DNA of 64,000 nt from an uncultured SAR86 cluster bacterium (GTDB taxonomy: Bacteria > Pseudomonadota > Gammaproteobacteria > Magnimaribacterales > D2472): NCBI GenBank assembly GCA_902586925.1, contig CACIJE010000001.1, positions 671,666 to 735,665 of the forward strand. Reading direction: 5' to 3'. Made by a program: the position numbers and the translations under genes. Shown here piece after piece: positions 50,191 through 60,365 of the stretch; the stretch's first letter is position 1; each line of letters opens with the position of its first letter. The notes beneath the pieces were generated by a model. It did no database searches and was not told the origin of the DNA. It worked only from the letters and a program-made list of their open reading frames with translations.

Positions 50191-51450
50191 ATGGAAAAGC
50201 TTTTAATTAAAGGAGGAAATTCTCTTTCAGGCACGATAAAGTGTTCAGGCGCAAAGAATGCAGCTTTACCCATGATTGCGTCAACAATTCTTTGTGATGA
50301 AAAAGTTATACTTAAAAATTTGCCCTACCTTCAGGATATTACAACAATGTTTGAACTTCTAGGCTCAATGGGAGCAGATATACTATTAGATGAAAATATG
50401 GATTTTACTGTGACTTCAAAAAATCTTATAGATATTGAAGCAAGATATGAACTTGTTAAGACTATGAGAGCCTCAATTTTAGTTCTTGGTCCTTTGGTTG
50501 CAAAGTATGGCAAAGCAAGAATTGCTTTACCAGGAGGATGTGCAATTGGCTCGCGACCTGTAAATTATCACTTAGATTCATTAAAACAGATGGGTGCAAA
50601 AATAGTTTTAAAAAATGGTTATATTGAGGCAACAGCTGCTAAATTAAAAGGAGCAAACATAAAATTTGATGGGATTACCGTCACAGGAACTGAAAATATA
50701 ATGATGGCTGCAACACTTGCAGAGGGAAAAACAACTCTTACAAATGTTGCGAAGGAACCCGAAATTATAGACTTAGCAGATATGTTAAATTCCATGGGAG
50801 CAAAAGTAGAGGGAGCTGGATCAGATCAAATTACAATTACTGGTGTAGAAAAGTTAAATGGCACAAAGTATGAAATTCCAGCTGATAGGATAGAAGCTGG
50901 AACATACCTTGCTGCAGCAGCTGTTACAAAAGGTAAAATAACTATTGAGGGTATAAATCCAAATCGGTTAATGGTGGTTATTGATAAATTGAAAAGTACA
51001 GGAGCAGAAATAAATTTGGATACAGATTCAATTTCTATTTATATGAAAAAGAATGTTCCTAATCCAGTTGACATAACTACTGCACCATTTCCAGAGTTCC
51101 CTACAGATATGCAAGCACAATTCTCTGTAATAAATGCCATTTCAAGCGGAACTGCAAATATCTATGAAACAGTTTTTGAAAATAGGTTTATGCATATTCT
51201 TGAATTAAATAGGATGGGTTGCAATATTTCTGTTGAGGGTAATCGTGCAATTATTAGAGGAGTTAATTCTTTATATGGGGCTGAAGTTATGGCAACTGAT
51301 TTGAGAGCATCAGCAAGCTTAATACTTGCTGGTCTATGTGCTAAAGGTGAAACTATTGTTGATAGAATCTATCACATTGATAGAGGTTATGAACGTATTG
51401 AGGAAAAATTAAACTTCTTAGGTGCAGATATTGTTAGACTTCCTAGTTAG
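50191..51450 (+). CDS. murA: UDP-N-acetylglucosamine 1-carboxyvinyltransferase
   Basis: 419 aa, with SGAKNAALP, the catalytic Cys loop LPGGCAIGSRPV and FPTDMQAQ. Confidence 0.96.
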   Translation: MEKLLIKGGNSLSGTIKCSGAKNAALPMIASTILCDEKVILKNLPYLQDITTMFELLGSMGADILLDENMDFTVTSKNLIDIEARYELVKTMRASILVLGPLVAKYGKARIALPGGCAIGSRPVNYHLDSLKQMGAKIVLKNGYIEATAAKLKGANIKFDGITVTGTENIMMAATLAEGKTTLTNVAKEPEIIDLADMLNSMGAKVEGAGSDQITITGVEKLNGTKYEIPADRIEAGTYLAAAAVTKGKITIEGINPNRLMVVIDKLKSTGAEINLDTDSISIYMKKNVPNPVDITTAPFPEFPTDMQAQFSVINAISSGTANIYETVFENRFMHILELNRMGCNISVEGNRAIIRGVNSLYGAEVMATDLRASASLILAGLCAKGETIVDRIYHIDRGYERIEEKLNFLGADIVRLPS

Positions 51451-52450
51451 GATCTAATATTTCAGAATCAAATTCAACTCTGGTTATTTTGTTACTTTGA
51501 TTAATCAAGTCAATACTTAGCTTTTCTCCCAAAGTTGCAAATTTTAGTGAACTAATTAGATTTTTCCAGCTCGCACTTTCATTATTTATTTTTATAATAA
51601 TATCATTTGTTCTAACACCTTTTTCGAACATAGGACCTTTATCTTGCATTTCAATAATTCTTAGACCATTGATGAAACTGTTTTCATTTTTTATTACAAC
51701 CTTTCCTACTCTAAAGTTTCCTATCCAAAGACTTTTAACCTTTCCAAATCTTATTAATTGTGTAGAAATCTGAACAACTAAGTTTGATGGAATTGCAAAT
51801 CCAATTCCTTGATATGCTCCAGTTCTTGAAAATATCTTTGAATTAATACCTATAAGATTTCCATTTTCGTTTATAAGCGCACCCCCAGAATTACCTGGAT
51901 TAATAGCAGCATCTGTTTGTATTAATTGAAGATATGGATTACCGTAATCTCTTCCCGTAGCGCTAATAATTCCATTGGAGACAGAAAGGCCTATTCCATA
52001 TGGATTTCCAATTGCTAAAACACTATCACCAACTTTTAGAACTTCTGAGTCTCCAAAAACTATTGGCTTTAAGTCTTCTTCAGGCGATATTTTTAAAACT
52101 GCAATGTCGGTATTTTTATCTAAACCAATAATCTTTGCAGGAAAAATCTTACCATTGTGCAGCTTCACACTAATTTTTTCGCCAGAAATTATGTGTAAAT
52201 TTGTAACGATATAACCATCTTTTGAAAAAATAACTCCTGAACCCAAACCGTTTCTATTTTTTGAGACTGAACTATTATTAGAAGAAATACTAACCACAGA
52301 TGGAATAGATTTTTCAGATGCAGAAACTAATTTATTTTTATCATCAGATAAAAAGTACCATGTCATTGCAAATGTTAGTAATATAACTAAAAAATAATTT
52401 ACAAAATTTGTTTGAAAAGATTTCATAATGCCTAAAGCTAAAAATATCAT
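51443..52450 (-). CDS. degS: DegS-like HtrA-family periplasmic serine endoprotease (one PDZ)
   Basis: It has an N-terminal anchor, a trypsin-fold triad context (TNLHII; DIAVLKI; NPGNSGGALIN) and a single C-terminal PDZ. An alternative start at M9 (ATG 52426) would remove the 23-nt overlap with zapE. Confidence 0.82.
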   Translation of the reverse strand: MIFLALGIMKSFQTNFVNYFLVILLTFAMTWYFLSDDKNKLVSASEKSIPSVVSISSNNSSVSKNRNGLGSGVIFSKDGYIVTNLHIISGEKISVKLHNGKIFPAKIIGLDKNTDIAVLKISPEEDLKPIVFGDSEVLKVGDSVLAIGNPYGIGLSVSNGIISATGRDYGNPYLQLIQTDAAINPGNSGGALINENGNLIGINSKIFSRTGAYQGIGFAIPSNLVVQISTQLIRFGKVKSLWIGNFRVGKVVIKNENSFINGLRIIEMQDKGPMFEKGVRTNDIIIKINNESASWKNLISSLKFATLGEKLSIDLINQSNKITRVEFDSEILDPN

Positions 52451-53459
52451 CGATAATCTAAAAAACCAAGGCGCAAATCCAAATTTTAATCAAATAAATC
52501 TTATTAACACTTTATGTGAAATCAATTCTTATAAAAATTTTTTCTTAAAAAACAAAAACATGGGTCTTTATGTATGGGGTGACGTAGGGAGGGGTAAAAC
52601 ACTTCTCGTAAATTCATATTTAAGTCAGTTAAAATCAGATGACTACATGAGCTTTCACTTTATTGATTTTATGAATTTTGTTCACGAAGAGCTTAATACT
52701 CATTCTGGAAAAAAAAATCCTTTACATATTGTTTGCAAATCTCTTACTTATAGCAAAAAAATAATTTTTATTGATGAATTTCAAGTTGAAGATGTTGCAG
52801 ATGCAATGATTATTGGAGAGCTACTAAAAAAAATAATAAAAAGAGGCACAAAAGTAATACTAACTTCAAACGCACATCCAATGAATTTGTATAAAGATGG
52901 ACTTCAAAGAAAAAAGTTCTTAGATTCAATAAATATTTTTTTAGAATATATTAATATTTTTGAGTTAACTGGTGAAATTGATTACAGGACTAGAAATATA
53001 ATTAAATTAATTGACAAACCTAGCAATAAAAATTTCTCTGATAAAAAAATATCTAAACTAATCTCTGAAAATTTTACAGTAAATACCTCTGAATCAAGCA
53101 AAATAACTATTAATGACAGAAAATTTAGCTGTAAATTAGCTTTAAATAATATTTTATGGATAGAATATATTAGCTTCTTTGATCAACCAACAAGTTCAAA
53201 AGATTATAAATATATTTCAGAAAAATTTGATTGGATTTTTATTAGTAATTTTATTGTTTCCAATGATGATCAAATTGACATTGTAAGGAGATTTATCTCC
53301 TTCGTAGATATTGTTTACAAAAAAAAATCAAAAATAAAATTTTTCCTAAATAATATTGAAATTAATGAAATATATAGTGGCTCTAAAATAGATAATTTGT
53401 GGGTAAGGTGTCAAAGTAGACTCAGGGAAATGCAAACCAATGAATATTTTTTCGATTAA
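52428..53459 (+). CDS. zapE: Cell division factor ZapE (AFG1-like ATPase)
   Basis: 343 aa, with Walker A GDVGRGKT and Walker B IIFIDEFQV. It lies next to rplM-rpsI, as E. coli yhcM/zapE does. Confidence 0.85.
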   Translation: MPKAKNIIDNLKNQGANPNFNQINLINTLCEINSYKNFFLKNKNMGLYVWGDVGRGKTLLVNSYLSQLKSDDYMSFHFIDFMNFVHEELNTHSGKKNPLHIVCKSLTYSKKIIFIDEFQVEDVADAMIIGELLKKIIKRGTKVILTSNAHPMNLYKDGLQRKKFLDSINIFLEYINIFELTGEIDYRTRNIIKLIDKPSNKNFSDKKISKLISENFTVNTSESSKITINDRKFSCKLALNNILWIEYISFFDQPTSSKDYKYISEKFDWIFISNFIVSNDDQIDIVRRFISFVDIVYKKKSKIKFFLNNIEINEIYSGSKIDNLWVRCQSRLREMQTNEYFFD

Positions 53460-53537
53460 ATATTTAAAAATAAAAATGAATATATATTGCTATATTTCTT
53501 TCTAAACATTAATATTCGATTTTCGATTTAAATGATT

Positions 53538-53969
53538 ATGAAAACATACACTCTTAAAAAAGAAGAAGTTGAAAGAAACTGGTTTGTATTAGATGTAAAA
53601 GATAAAGTTCTTGGAAGAATTGCAACAAAAATTGCTGACAGGATTCGTGGAAAAGATAAACCAACATTTACACCTCATACAGATGGAGGCGACTATGTGA
53701 TTGTTATTAATGCTGAGAAAATTAAGGTTACTGGCTCTAAATTCGATACAAAAAAATATTATCATCATTCTTTGTATCCGGGAGGTTTAAAGACTCAAAC
53801 TTTCAAAGAACTAAATATTAAAAATCCTGAAAAGATAATTTTTAATGCTGTCAAAGGCATGTTACCTAAAAATAAGCTTGGTAAATCAATCATTAAGAAA
53901 CTTAAGGTCTTCAAGGGACCTTTACATGATCATGATTCCCAAAAACCGATAGAATGGAATCCTAACTAA
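53538..53969 (+). CDS. rplM: 50S ribosomal protein L13
   Basis: The start [19 protein letters not shown] parallels E. coli L13. Motifs [12 protein letters not shown] and [16 protein letters not shown] are present. Confidence 0.96.
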   Translation: MKTYTLKKEEVERNWFVLDVKDKVLGRIATKIADRIRGKDKPTFTPHTDGGDYVIVINAEKIKVTGSKFDTKKYYHHSLYPGGLKTQTFKELNIKNPEKIIFNAVKGMLPKNKLGKSIIKKLKVFKGPLHDHDSQKPIEWNPN

Positions 53970-54361
53970 TGGCTGCTGAGATTTATTACGCAACCGGTAG
54001 AAGAAAAACTTCCTCAGCAAGAGTTTACTTAAAAAAGGGTAAAGGAAATATTTCTGTAAATGATAGGAAACTTGATGAGTACTTTGGAAGAAAAGTAGCT
54101 CAGATGTTAGTTTTACAACCATTAGAACTTGTTGATCTCTCTGAAAAAATTGATCTTAGAATAAAAGTTAAGGGCGGAGGTAGTTTTGGTCAAGCTGGTG
54201 CAATAAGACATGGTATATCAAGAGCTCTTATTTCATATGATGAAGAACTTAGACCACAATTAAAAAAAGCAGGATTACTTACTAGAGATCCAAGAAAAGT
54301 TGAAAGGAAAAAGCCAGGATTGGTCAAAGCTAGAAAAAGTAAACAGTTTTCAAAAAGATAA
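53969..54361 (+). CDS. rpsI: 30S ribosomal protein S9
   Basis: 130 aa, with [30 protein letters not shown] and a C-terminal KKPGL.KARK..QFSKR. Confidence 0.96.
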   Translation: MAAEIYYATGRRKTSSARVYLKKGKGNISVNDRKLDEYFGRKVAQMLVLQPLELVDLSEKIDLRIKVKGGGSFGQAGAIRHGISRALISYDEELRPQLKKAGLLTRDPRKVERKKPGLVKARKSKQFSKR

Positions 54362-54420
54362 TACAGAGTATATAAATTTAGTTATTTTATATTATAACTA
54401 GCTTTTATATTACTTAAATA

Positions 54421-54429
54421 TGCTATAAT
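54421..54429 (+). promoter_or_regulatory. Candidate extended -10 element (TGcTATAAT) upstream of petABC
   Basis: This is read directly, about 32 nt upstream of the petA ATG. I found no convincing -35. Confidence 0.35.
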
Positions 54430-54460
54430 ATCTAAGATTTTTGATTAGCGCACACCCTAC

Positions 54461-55042
54461 ATGCAAGATAAAGATAAAACTAGAAGAAAAGTGTTAATTG
54501 GTTTAACAAGTGCAGTTGGATTGTCGGGTATACCTTTTGCAGCAACCCCTTTTATAGCTGCATGGAATCCAAGTGCAAAAGCAAAAGCTGCAGGCGCACC
54601 AGTAAAACTTGACGTATCTAAAATGCAATATGGTCAACAAATACAAGTTTCTTGGAGAAAACAGCCAGTGTTTATAGTGAGACATACAGATAATAGTCTT
54701 AAAAGTTTGGATCTTTCAGTATCAAAGTTAGCTGATCCAAATTCTGATCAAATTGAAGAGCCATATAGAGGTTTAAATCTTTCAAGATCAAAGAGTCCTG
54801 AATATTCAGTATTTTCAGGAGTATGTACTCATTTAGGCTGTGCCCCAAAATATTTTCCAGAGATTGAGCCAAAGCCATGGGATGCTTCTTGGAAAGGTGG
54901 ATTTTTCTGTCCATGTCATGGTTCAATGTTTGATATAGTTGGAAGAGTTTTTAAAGGTGTTCCTGCTCCAACAAACTTGTTGGTACCACCACACATGTTT
55001 GATGGAAGTATTTTAACAATTGGAGAGGATAGGGAGTTATAG
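54461..55042 (+). CDS. petA: Ubiquinol-cytochrome c reductase Rieske iron-sulfur subunit
   Basis: 193 aa. It has a Tat-like N-terminus (TRRKVLIG) and Rieske boxes CTHLGC and CPCHGS. Confidence 0.94.
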   Translation: MQDKDKTRRKVLIGLTSAVGLSGIPFAATPFIAAWNPSAKAKAAGAPVKLDVSKMQYGQQIQVSWRKQPVFIVRHTDNSLKSLDLSVSKLADPNSDQIEEPYRGLNLSRSKSPEYSVFSGVCTHLGCAPKYFPEIEPKPWDASWKGGFFCPCHGSMFDIVGRVFKGVPAPTNLLVPPHMFDGSILTIGEDREL

Positions 55043-56260
55043 ATGAGTGAAATTGCTGGAAAATTATATACATGGGTTAATGCACGTCTTCCAATTGCAA
55101 ATACGTTTGAAAGACATCTCTCAAAACATCCAGTGCCATCAAAAGTTAACTTTTGGTATTTATTTGGAGCTCTCGCGGCGGTTACATTAATAATTCAGGT
55201 TGTAACCGGCATCTGGTTAATAATGCCATATTCAAATACAGAGGAACAGGCATTCTCTTCAATAGAATATATCATGAGAGATGTTGATTATGGGTGGGTT
55301 ATAAGATACATGCATACCACAGGAGCCTCTTTATTTTTTGCTGTTGTTTATCTACATATGTTCAGAGGCCTGCTTTACGGATCATATCAAAAACCAAAAG
55401 AGCTCGTTTGGATATTTGGCTGTACAATATATTTGGCTATGATGGCTGAAGGTTTCCTTGGTTATGTTTTACCTTATGGTCAAATGTCCTATTGGGGAGC
55501 CCAAGTAATTATTTCGCTTTTTGGTGCAATACCCTACATTGGTGAATCTTTAGAATTATGGGTTAGGGGAGATTATTATATTTCGGGAATAACTGTTTCA
55601 AGATTCTTTGCTTTACATGTTGTTGCTCTCCCTTTGGTTCTAATAGCTTTAGTATTTCTTCATTTAGTTGCTTTACATGAGGTTGGTGCTGGTAATCCTG
55701 AAGGAGTAGATATTGAGAAGTATCTTGATGATGATGGTGTTCCTCTAGATAGTGTTCCATTTTTTCCCTATAAAGTTCTAAACGCTTTGATTGCTATTGG
55801 TGTTTTTATGACAGTTTTTTCTATAATAATGTTTTTCTTTCCAGAAGGTGGAGGATACTTTATTGAAATGGCTAATTTTCAAGAAGCTAATCCATTAGTT
55901 ACTCCAGATCATATTGCTCCTGTTTGGTACTATGCGCCTTTCTACACAATGTTAAGAGCAATTCCAGATCCTTTAGGTGGTTTAATTGTAATGGCCGCTG
56001 CAGTAGCCATATTTTTTGTCGTACCTTGGTTAGATAGAAGCAAAGTAGCATCAATAAGATATAAAGGTATATATAGCAAAATAGCTATAACTTTATTTGG
56101 TGTAAGTTTTCTAACCTTAGGGTATCTGGGAACTGTTGGTGTAACTGAAGTAAGAAAGACAATGAGCATTATTTGCACAGTCATATATTTTGCATATTTT
56201 TTATTGATGCCTTTATATACAAAGTTCGAAAAAACATACCAAGTTCCTGAGAGATTGTGA
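55043..56260 (+). CDS. petB: Cytochrome b (bc1 complex)
   Basis: 405 aa polytopic protein, with RYMHTTGASLFF, conserved His pairs, and PEWYF-like VWYYAPFY. Confidence 0.95.
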   Translation: MSEIAGKLYTWVNARLPIANTFERHLSKHPVPSKVNFWYLFGALAAVTLIIQVVTGIWLIMPYSNTEEQAFSSIEYIMRDVDYGWVIRYMHTTGASLFFAVVYLHMFRGLLYGSYQKPKELVWIFGCTIYLAMMAEGFLGYVLPYGQMSYWGAQVIISLFGAIPYIGESLELWVRGDYYISGITVSRFFALHVVALPLVLIALVFLHLVALHEVGAGNPEGVDIEKYLDDDGVPLDSVPFFPYKVLNALIAIGVFMTVFSIIMFFFPEGGGYFIEMANFQEANPLVTPDHIAPVWYYAPFYTMLRAIPDPLGGLIVMAAAVAIFFVVPWLDRSKVASIRYKGIYSKIAITLFGVSFLTLGYLGTVGVTEVRKTMSIICTVIYFAYFLLMPLYTKFEKTYQVPERL

Positions 56261-57072
56261 TGATAAATAAATTAATTTTAAGAATTAATTTATTCGTATT
56301 TTTTTTATTTTTTTTCATAACCATTGATGCAGCAGAGGGAGGAGCTTGTAAGGACTATGGAGAGTGCGATAAGTTTAAATATACATTAAATGATACTGAA
56401 TCTCTTCAGAGAGGCGCCTCTACATTCATAAATTATTGTTATGGCTGTCATTCATTAAAATACTCTAGATGGGGAAGAGTGGCAAAAGATTTAAAAATTC
56501 CTGAAGAAATCTTTTTTGAAAATCTTGTTTTTGATGATTCAATTAAGTCTGGTGATTTAATGGTCGGAGCCATGCCAAGCGAATCTGCTGAGTGGTTTGG
56601 TGTTATGCCTCCTGATCTAACTCTTGTTTCAAGATATAAAGGTGATGATTGGATATATTCTTATTTAAGAGCATATTATGAGGATTCATCAAAGCAATAT
56701 GGCGTAAATAATTTGGTCTATCCTGGAACAGCAATGCCAAATGTTTTACTGTCTTTACAGGGAAACCAAAAATTAGTTTGCAAAAATGTGCCGTTAATTG
56801 CTTCAAATGGTGGGGAACAACGTGACGATTTTGGTAATACAGTTTTTGAGGAAAAATGTGGATTCCTTGAGGTTGAAGAGGGAACTGGAACGCTTTCAAA
56901 AGAAGAGTTTGATAAATTGATTTATGACTTAACAAATTTTTTAGTTTATGTTGGTGAGCCCATCAAGGCTACGAGAGAAAGGATTGGTTGGTATGTAATT
57001 TTTTATTTTTTGATTTTTACTGCCTTATCAATATTACTATATCGTGAGTTCCATAAAGATTATAATACATAA
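56257..57072 (+). CDS. petC: Cytochrome c1
   Basis: 271 aa. It has a signal peptide, heme motif CYGCHS, MPPDLT and a C-terminal TM anchor. Confidence 0.9.
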   Translation: MMINKLILRINLFVFFLFFFITIDAAEGGACKDYGECDKFKYTLNDTESLQRGASTFINYCYGCHSLKYSRWGRVAKDLKIPEEIFFENLVFDDSIKSGDLMVGAMPSESAEWFGVMPPDLTLVSRYKGDDWIYSYLRAYYEDSSKQYGVNNLVYPGTAMPNVLLSLQGNQKLVCKNVPLIASNGGEQRDDFGNTVFEEKCGFLEVEEGTGTLSKEEFDKLIYDLTNFLVYVGEPIKATRERIGWYVIFYFLIFTALSILLYREFHKDYNT

Positions 57073-57084
57073 AATGGAAATAAA

Positions 57085-57699
57085 ATGATTTTATATTCAG
57101 ACAGAGAAGATCACTATAGTCAAAGAGTCAGAATAGTGCTTGCAGAAAAAGATATTTCTGCAGAAATTAGAGAGTCTAAGCAGAATGAAACATCTGACGA
57201 AATATTATCTATCAGTCCTTATTTTAAATTACCAATTCTGGTTGATAGAGATTTAGCAATATATGATCCAAGTGTAATCATGGAGTACCTGGATGAAAGA
57301 TTTCCTCATCCTCCACTTTTACCAGTTTATCCTGTGGCAAGAGCTAAATGCAGAACTTTAATGTTAAGAATTGACAGAGAGTGGTCTCCAATGATTGATA
57401 CCTTAATTGAAGGAAAAAAATCCGATAAAGAATCAATGAAAATCAGAGAAGAACTTTTGCATGAAATATCATCAATTGCGCCAACCTTTAAAGAGTTTAA
57501 ATACTTTATGAGTGACGATTTTACATTGGTTGATTGTTTTTTTGCCCCCATACTATGGAGACTACCATCAGTTGGCATTAAATTACCAATTAATAGACAC
57601 TTAAAACCTCTTATAGACTATCAAAATACTATTTTTGAAAGACCTGGCTTTTTAGATAGTCTTTCTTCTCTTGAGAGAGATCTGAAGTCTGAATTTTAA
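57085..57699 (+). CDS. sspA: Stringent starvation protein A (GST-like)
   Basis: 204 aa. YSQRVRIVLAEKDIS parallels E. coli SspA YSHQVRIVLAEKGVS. PxL.DR.L.I..S.IIMEYLDERFPHPPL is present. Confidence 0.9.
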   Translation: MILYSDREDHYSQRVRIVLAEKDISAEIRESKQNETSDEILSISPYFKLPILVDRDLAIYDPSVIMEYLDERFPHPPLLPVYPVARAKCRTLMLRIDREWSPMIDTLIEGKKSDKESMKIREELLHEISSIAPTFKEFKYFMSDDFTLVDCFFAPILWRLPSVGIKLPINRHLKPLIDYQNTIFERPGFLDSLSSLERDLKSEF

Positions 57700-57703
57700 A
57701 ATC

Positions 57704-58615
57704 TTAACTGGTAACTTTCCAAAAATTTAAATCTCTAGCTACACAGCTATTTTTTTCAATGCTTAGATTCCCGGAGTCTGGTTTTATTCTATTTCTAAAT
57801 AGACTTTTTTGTCGAATTTTTTCTATTGTAAGAAAATCCTTAAGCAAAGTTTTTTCTATTTCACTTTTAATGGTTGTTTGCTGAGAATTATTAAGATTTT
57901 CTAAAACTTTTTTAGTAATTGGTATAAAGGTACCTTCAAAATCAACTAACTTCTTAAAATCAGTCGCATCATGAAAAATTTCACTTGAAGAATAGTAATT
58001 AATATCTAATGTATAACTTTTAAATATTGGAACAACTGTCTTACCAGTATTGTAGTCAGTAATAAAATAAATACTTAAAATGTCATTTCTAACTCTAGGC
58101 GTATGAGATATTTGTATTTTTGTATCTAATTTTGATAATTTTTTATTCTTTATGCTACTTTTATCAACATTAAGTATTTTCTGAATTTGTGTTTCATAGT
58201 CATTTGAATCTAAGATAAAGTACTCTTCATATGGATATTTTTCTTTTAGAGTCAAGACAAGATCATCAAATTTCTTTGAGTAAATAATAAGAATTTTTTT
58301 ATTGAAATCTTTTTTATCTCTAAATAAGGTTTTTTCAATAATTTTTCTTTCATCTTGAAGCAGACTATTACAAAAAAAATTTAAATCTGAATTAAGTAAG
58401 TCATCCTCTAAAAAGTATGAATTATTATTTGTAAAATTAACATCAAAGTTAATTTTATCTTTTAAAAGGATCTCAATAATTCTTTCCTTATTTATGCTGT
58501 TAGTTTGAATATTTAATTTGAGCTTTTGTTTCGAAATCTCATTTTTTGATATCGATGAACAAGAAGAAATAAAAAAAATTAGACAAGCTATAATGATTAT
58601 TAAATTAAATTTCAT
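57704..58615 (-). CDS. Lipoprotein of unknown function at the LpoA (YraM) position, about half the LpoA length
   Basis: 303 aa with a signal peptide and lipobox (FISSC). It is divergent from rsmI, as lpoA is in E. coli and Pseudomonas. I saw no clear sequence similarity by eye. Confidence 0.4.
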   Translation of the reverse strand: MKFNLIIIIACLIFFISSCSSISKNEISKQKLKLNIQTNSINKERIIEILLKDKINFDVNFTNNNSYFLEDDLLNSDLNFFCNSLLQDERKIIEKTLFRDKKDFNKKILIIYSKKFDDLVLTLKEKYPYEEYFILDSNDYETQIQKILNVDKSSIKNKKLSKLDTKIQISHTPRVRNDILSIYFITDYNTGKTVVPIFKSYTLDINYYSSSEIFHDATDFKKLVDFEGTFIPITKKVLENLNNSQQTTIKSEIEKTLLKDFLTIEKIRQKSLFRNRIKPDSGNLSIEKNSCVARDLNFWKVTS

Positions 58616-58632
58616 ATAGTTATTATCTTAAA

Positions 58633-59448
58633 ATGTTAAATTTTGTTTCAACTCCAATTGGCAATTTAAATGATATATCACTTAGAGCTATTGATGTTAT
58701 TAAAAATTCTGATTATTTGTATGCAGAAGATACAAGAAATGTAAAAAAATTATTAAATTTTATAAATGTAAGAATTCTTTGTAAGAGCTTTCATGAGCAT
58801 AATGAAGAAAAGGTAACACATAATATAGTGAAACAATTAAATAACGGTAAAGTAATTTCTGTTGTTTCTGATGCCGGCACTCCCTCAATATCAGATCCAG
58901 GTTATAGATTAATTACAAAATGTATTTCAGAAAACATTAAATATACTCTCATACCTGGACCTTCATCAGTAATTAGTGCAATGGTAATGTCGGGTCTCCC
59001 TTCCAACAGATTTGCTTTTTATGGTTTTGTTCCAAGAAAACTCTCAGATAAAAGAAAGTTTTTTGAAAATCTAGATAAGGAGACTAAAACTTCAATTCTT
59101 TTTGAATCTTCAAGGAGAATTTTGGATACTTTGAAAAATATACAAGATTTATTAAAGTCTGATAGAAGAGTTTCGGTATGTAAAGAGATGACGAAGATAC
59201 ATGAGAATATTTCTAGGGGAACAGTTTCAGAAATTATTAAATTTATGGAAGAAAATCAAAATAATATTAAGGGAGAAATGGTAATTGTCATTGAGGGTAA
59301 AATAAAAAAAACTACAATTCCAACAATTAATTCAAGAATAAAAAAAGAATTTCTTGCAAAGCTTTCAGCATCTGATTCTGCGAAACTCATTTCTTTGATA
59401 ACAGGAGAAAACAAAAGGGATATTTATAAAAAACTTATACAATCTTAA
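58633..59448 (+). CDS. rsmI: 16S rRNA (C1402-2'-O)-methyltransferase RsmI
   Basis: 271 aa. FVSTPIGNLNDISLRAIDVIKNSDYLYAEDTR matches the RsmI N-terminus, and VSDAGTPSISDPG is present. Confidence 0.92.
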   Translation: MLNFVSTPIGNLNDISLRAIDVIKNSDYLYAEDTRNVKKLLNFINVRILCKSFHEHNEEKVTHNIVKQLNNGKVISVVSDAGTPSISDPGYRLITKCISENIKYTLIPGPSSVISAMVMSGLPSNRFAFYGFVPRKLSDKRKFFENLDKETKTSILFESSRRILDTLKNIQDLLKSDRRVSVCKEMTKIHENISRGTVSEIIKFMEENQNNIKGEMVIVIEGKIKKTTIPTINSRIKKEFLAKLSASDSAKLISLITGENKRDIYKKLIQS

Positions 59449-59469
59449 AAAATCATTATAATAGCCTTT

Positions 59470-59797
59470 GAGTTGGTTGGATGATCGCTAAATTTTTAGA
59501 GGAAAGTCCGGACTTCAGAGAGCAGGGCTCCAGGTAACTCCTGGGAAGTGTGAACTTACGGCTAGTGCAACAGAAAATATACCGCCATTTTTGGTAAGGG
59601 TGAAAAGGTAAGGTAAGAGCTTACCGCTTGAGTGGTAACACTTAAGGCATTGTAAACCCCAGCCCGAAGCAAAACCAAATAGAAATCTTATAAGGTTGCT
59701 CGCCTTAGATTTGGGTAGGTTGCTAGAGTATTATGGCAACATAATATCGAGATAGATGGTCATCTTTAACAGAATCCGGCTTATAAACCAACTCAAC
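59470..59797 (+). ncRNA. rnpB: RNase P RNA, bacterial type A (compact, about 330 nt)
   Basis: P1 pairs GAGTTGGTT with AACCAACTC. Universally conserved blocks are present: AGAGGAAAGTCCGGAC, GGTAAGGGTGAAAAGGT, ACAGAATCCGGCTTA. It lies between rsmI and mraZ, as in Pseudomonas. Confidence 0.9.
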
Positions 59798-59829
59798 TTC
59801 ACTTTTTTAAATATATAACTTGCATATAT

Positions 59830-59864
59830 GTGTGAAAAAGTGTGTAAAAGTGTTGCAAAGTGTG
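59830..59864 (+). promoter_or_regulatory. MraZ-type operator: four direct GTGTG/GTGTT repeats at exact 10-bp phasing
   Basis: GTGTG at 59830, 59840 and 59860, and GTGTT at 59850, each followed by an A-rich 5-mer. It lies directly upstream of mraZ. This is analogous to the phased repeats bound by MraZ in E. coli and Mollicutes. Confidence 0.6.
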
Positions 59865-59887
59865 TGAAAAGCCTTTATATTTTGAAG

Positions 59888-60355
59888 ATGTTTGGATTTA
59901 ATACGCCATCAAAAGATAACAAAGGCAGAATAGCTATTCCTGCAAGATATAGAATTGATTTTAAAACACAAAGTCAAAATGAAATAGTTATTACTAAAGA
60001 CCCACAATATCCATCTTTAAAGCTTTATTCTCAACTAGAGTGGCAAAAGATTTCGACAAAACTTCAATCTCTTCAAGGACTAGATCCTATTGTCAGAAAT
60101 TTGCAATGGACAATTCTGGGTAACGCTTATCAAACTGAGATTGATATTGAAGGCAGAATGTTAATAAGAATTCCAACAGATCTTCAAAACTATGCTGATA
60201 TCAAAGATCAAAATCAAATTGCCTTAGTAGGGATGGGAAACAAATTTGAAATTTGGAATATTGAAAATTGGGAAATGCGACAAACGGGAGGCTCTCTTTC
60301 AACAGAAATTCTTGATGTAGTCCTACCTGACAGTATCAAAGAAATGTCATTTTAA
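59888..60355 (+). CDS. mraZ: Transcriptional regulator MraZ
   Basis: 155 aa from the ATG at 59888. It has two SpoVT/AbrB-like halves with DxxGR motifs (KDNKGRIAIPARYR; DIEGRMLIRIP). The track's 20-codon N-terminal extension is just the translated operator repeats. Confidence 0.88.
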   Translation: MFGFNTPSKDNKGRIAIPARYRIDFKTQSQNEIVITKDPQYPSLKLYSQLEWQKISTKLQSLQGLDPIVRNLQWTILGNAYQTEIDIEGRMLIRIPTDLQNYADIKDQNQIALVGMGNKFEIWNIENWEMRQTGGSLSTEILDVVLPDSIKEMSF

Positions 60356-60365
60356 AAAGGGGTAT

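Noticed and set aside
59828-59887. Cys/Lys-rich 20-codon N-terminal extension of mraZ (MCEKVCKSVAKCVKSLYILK)
   Set aside because: It is the literal translation of the GTGTG-N5 operator repeats. Canonical MraZ starts at MFGFN… (ATG 59888).
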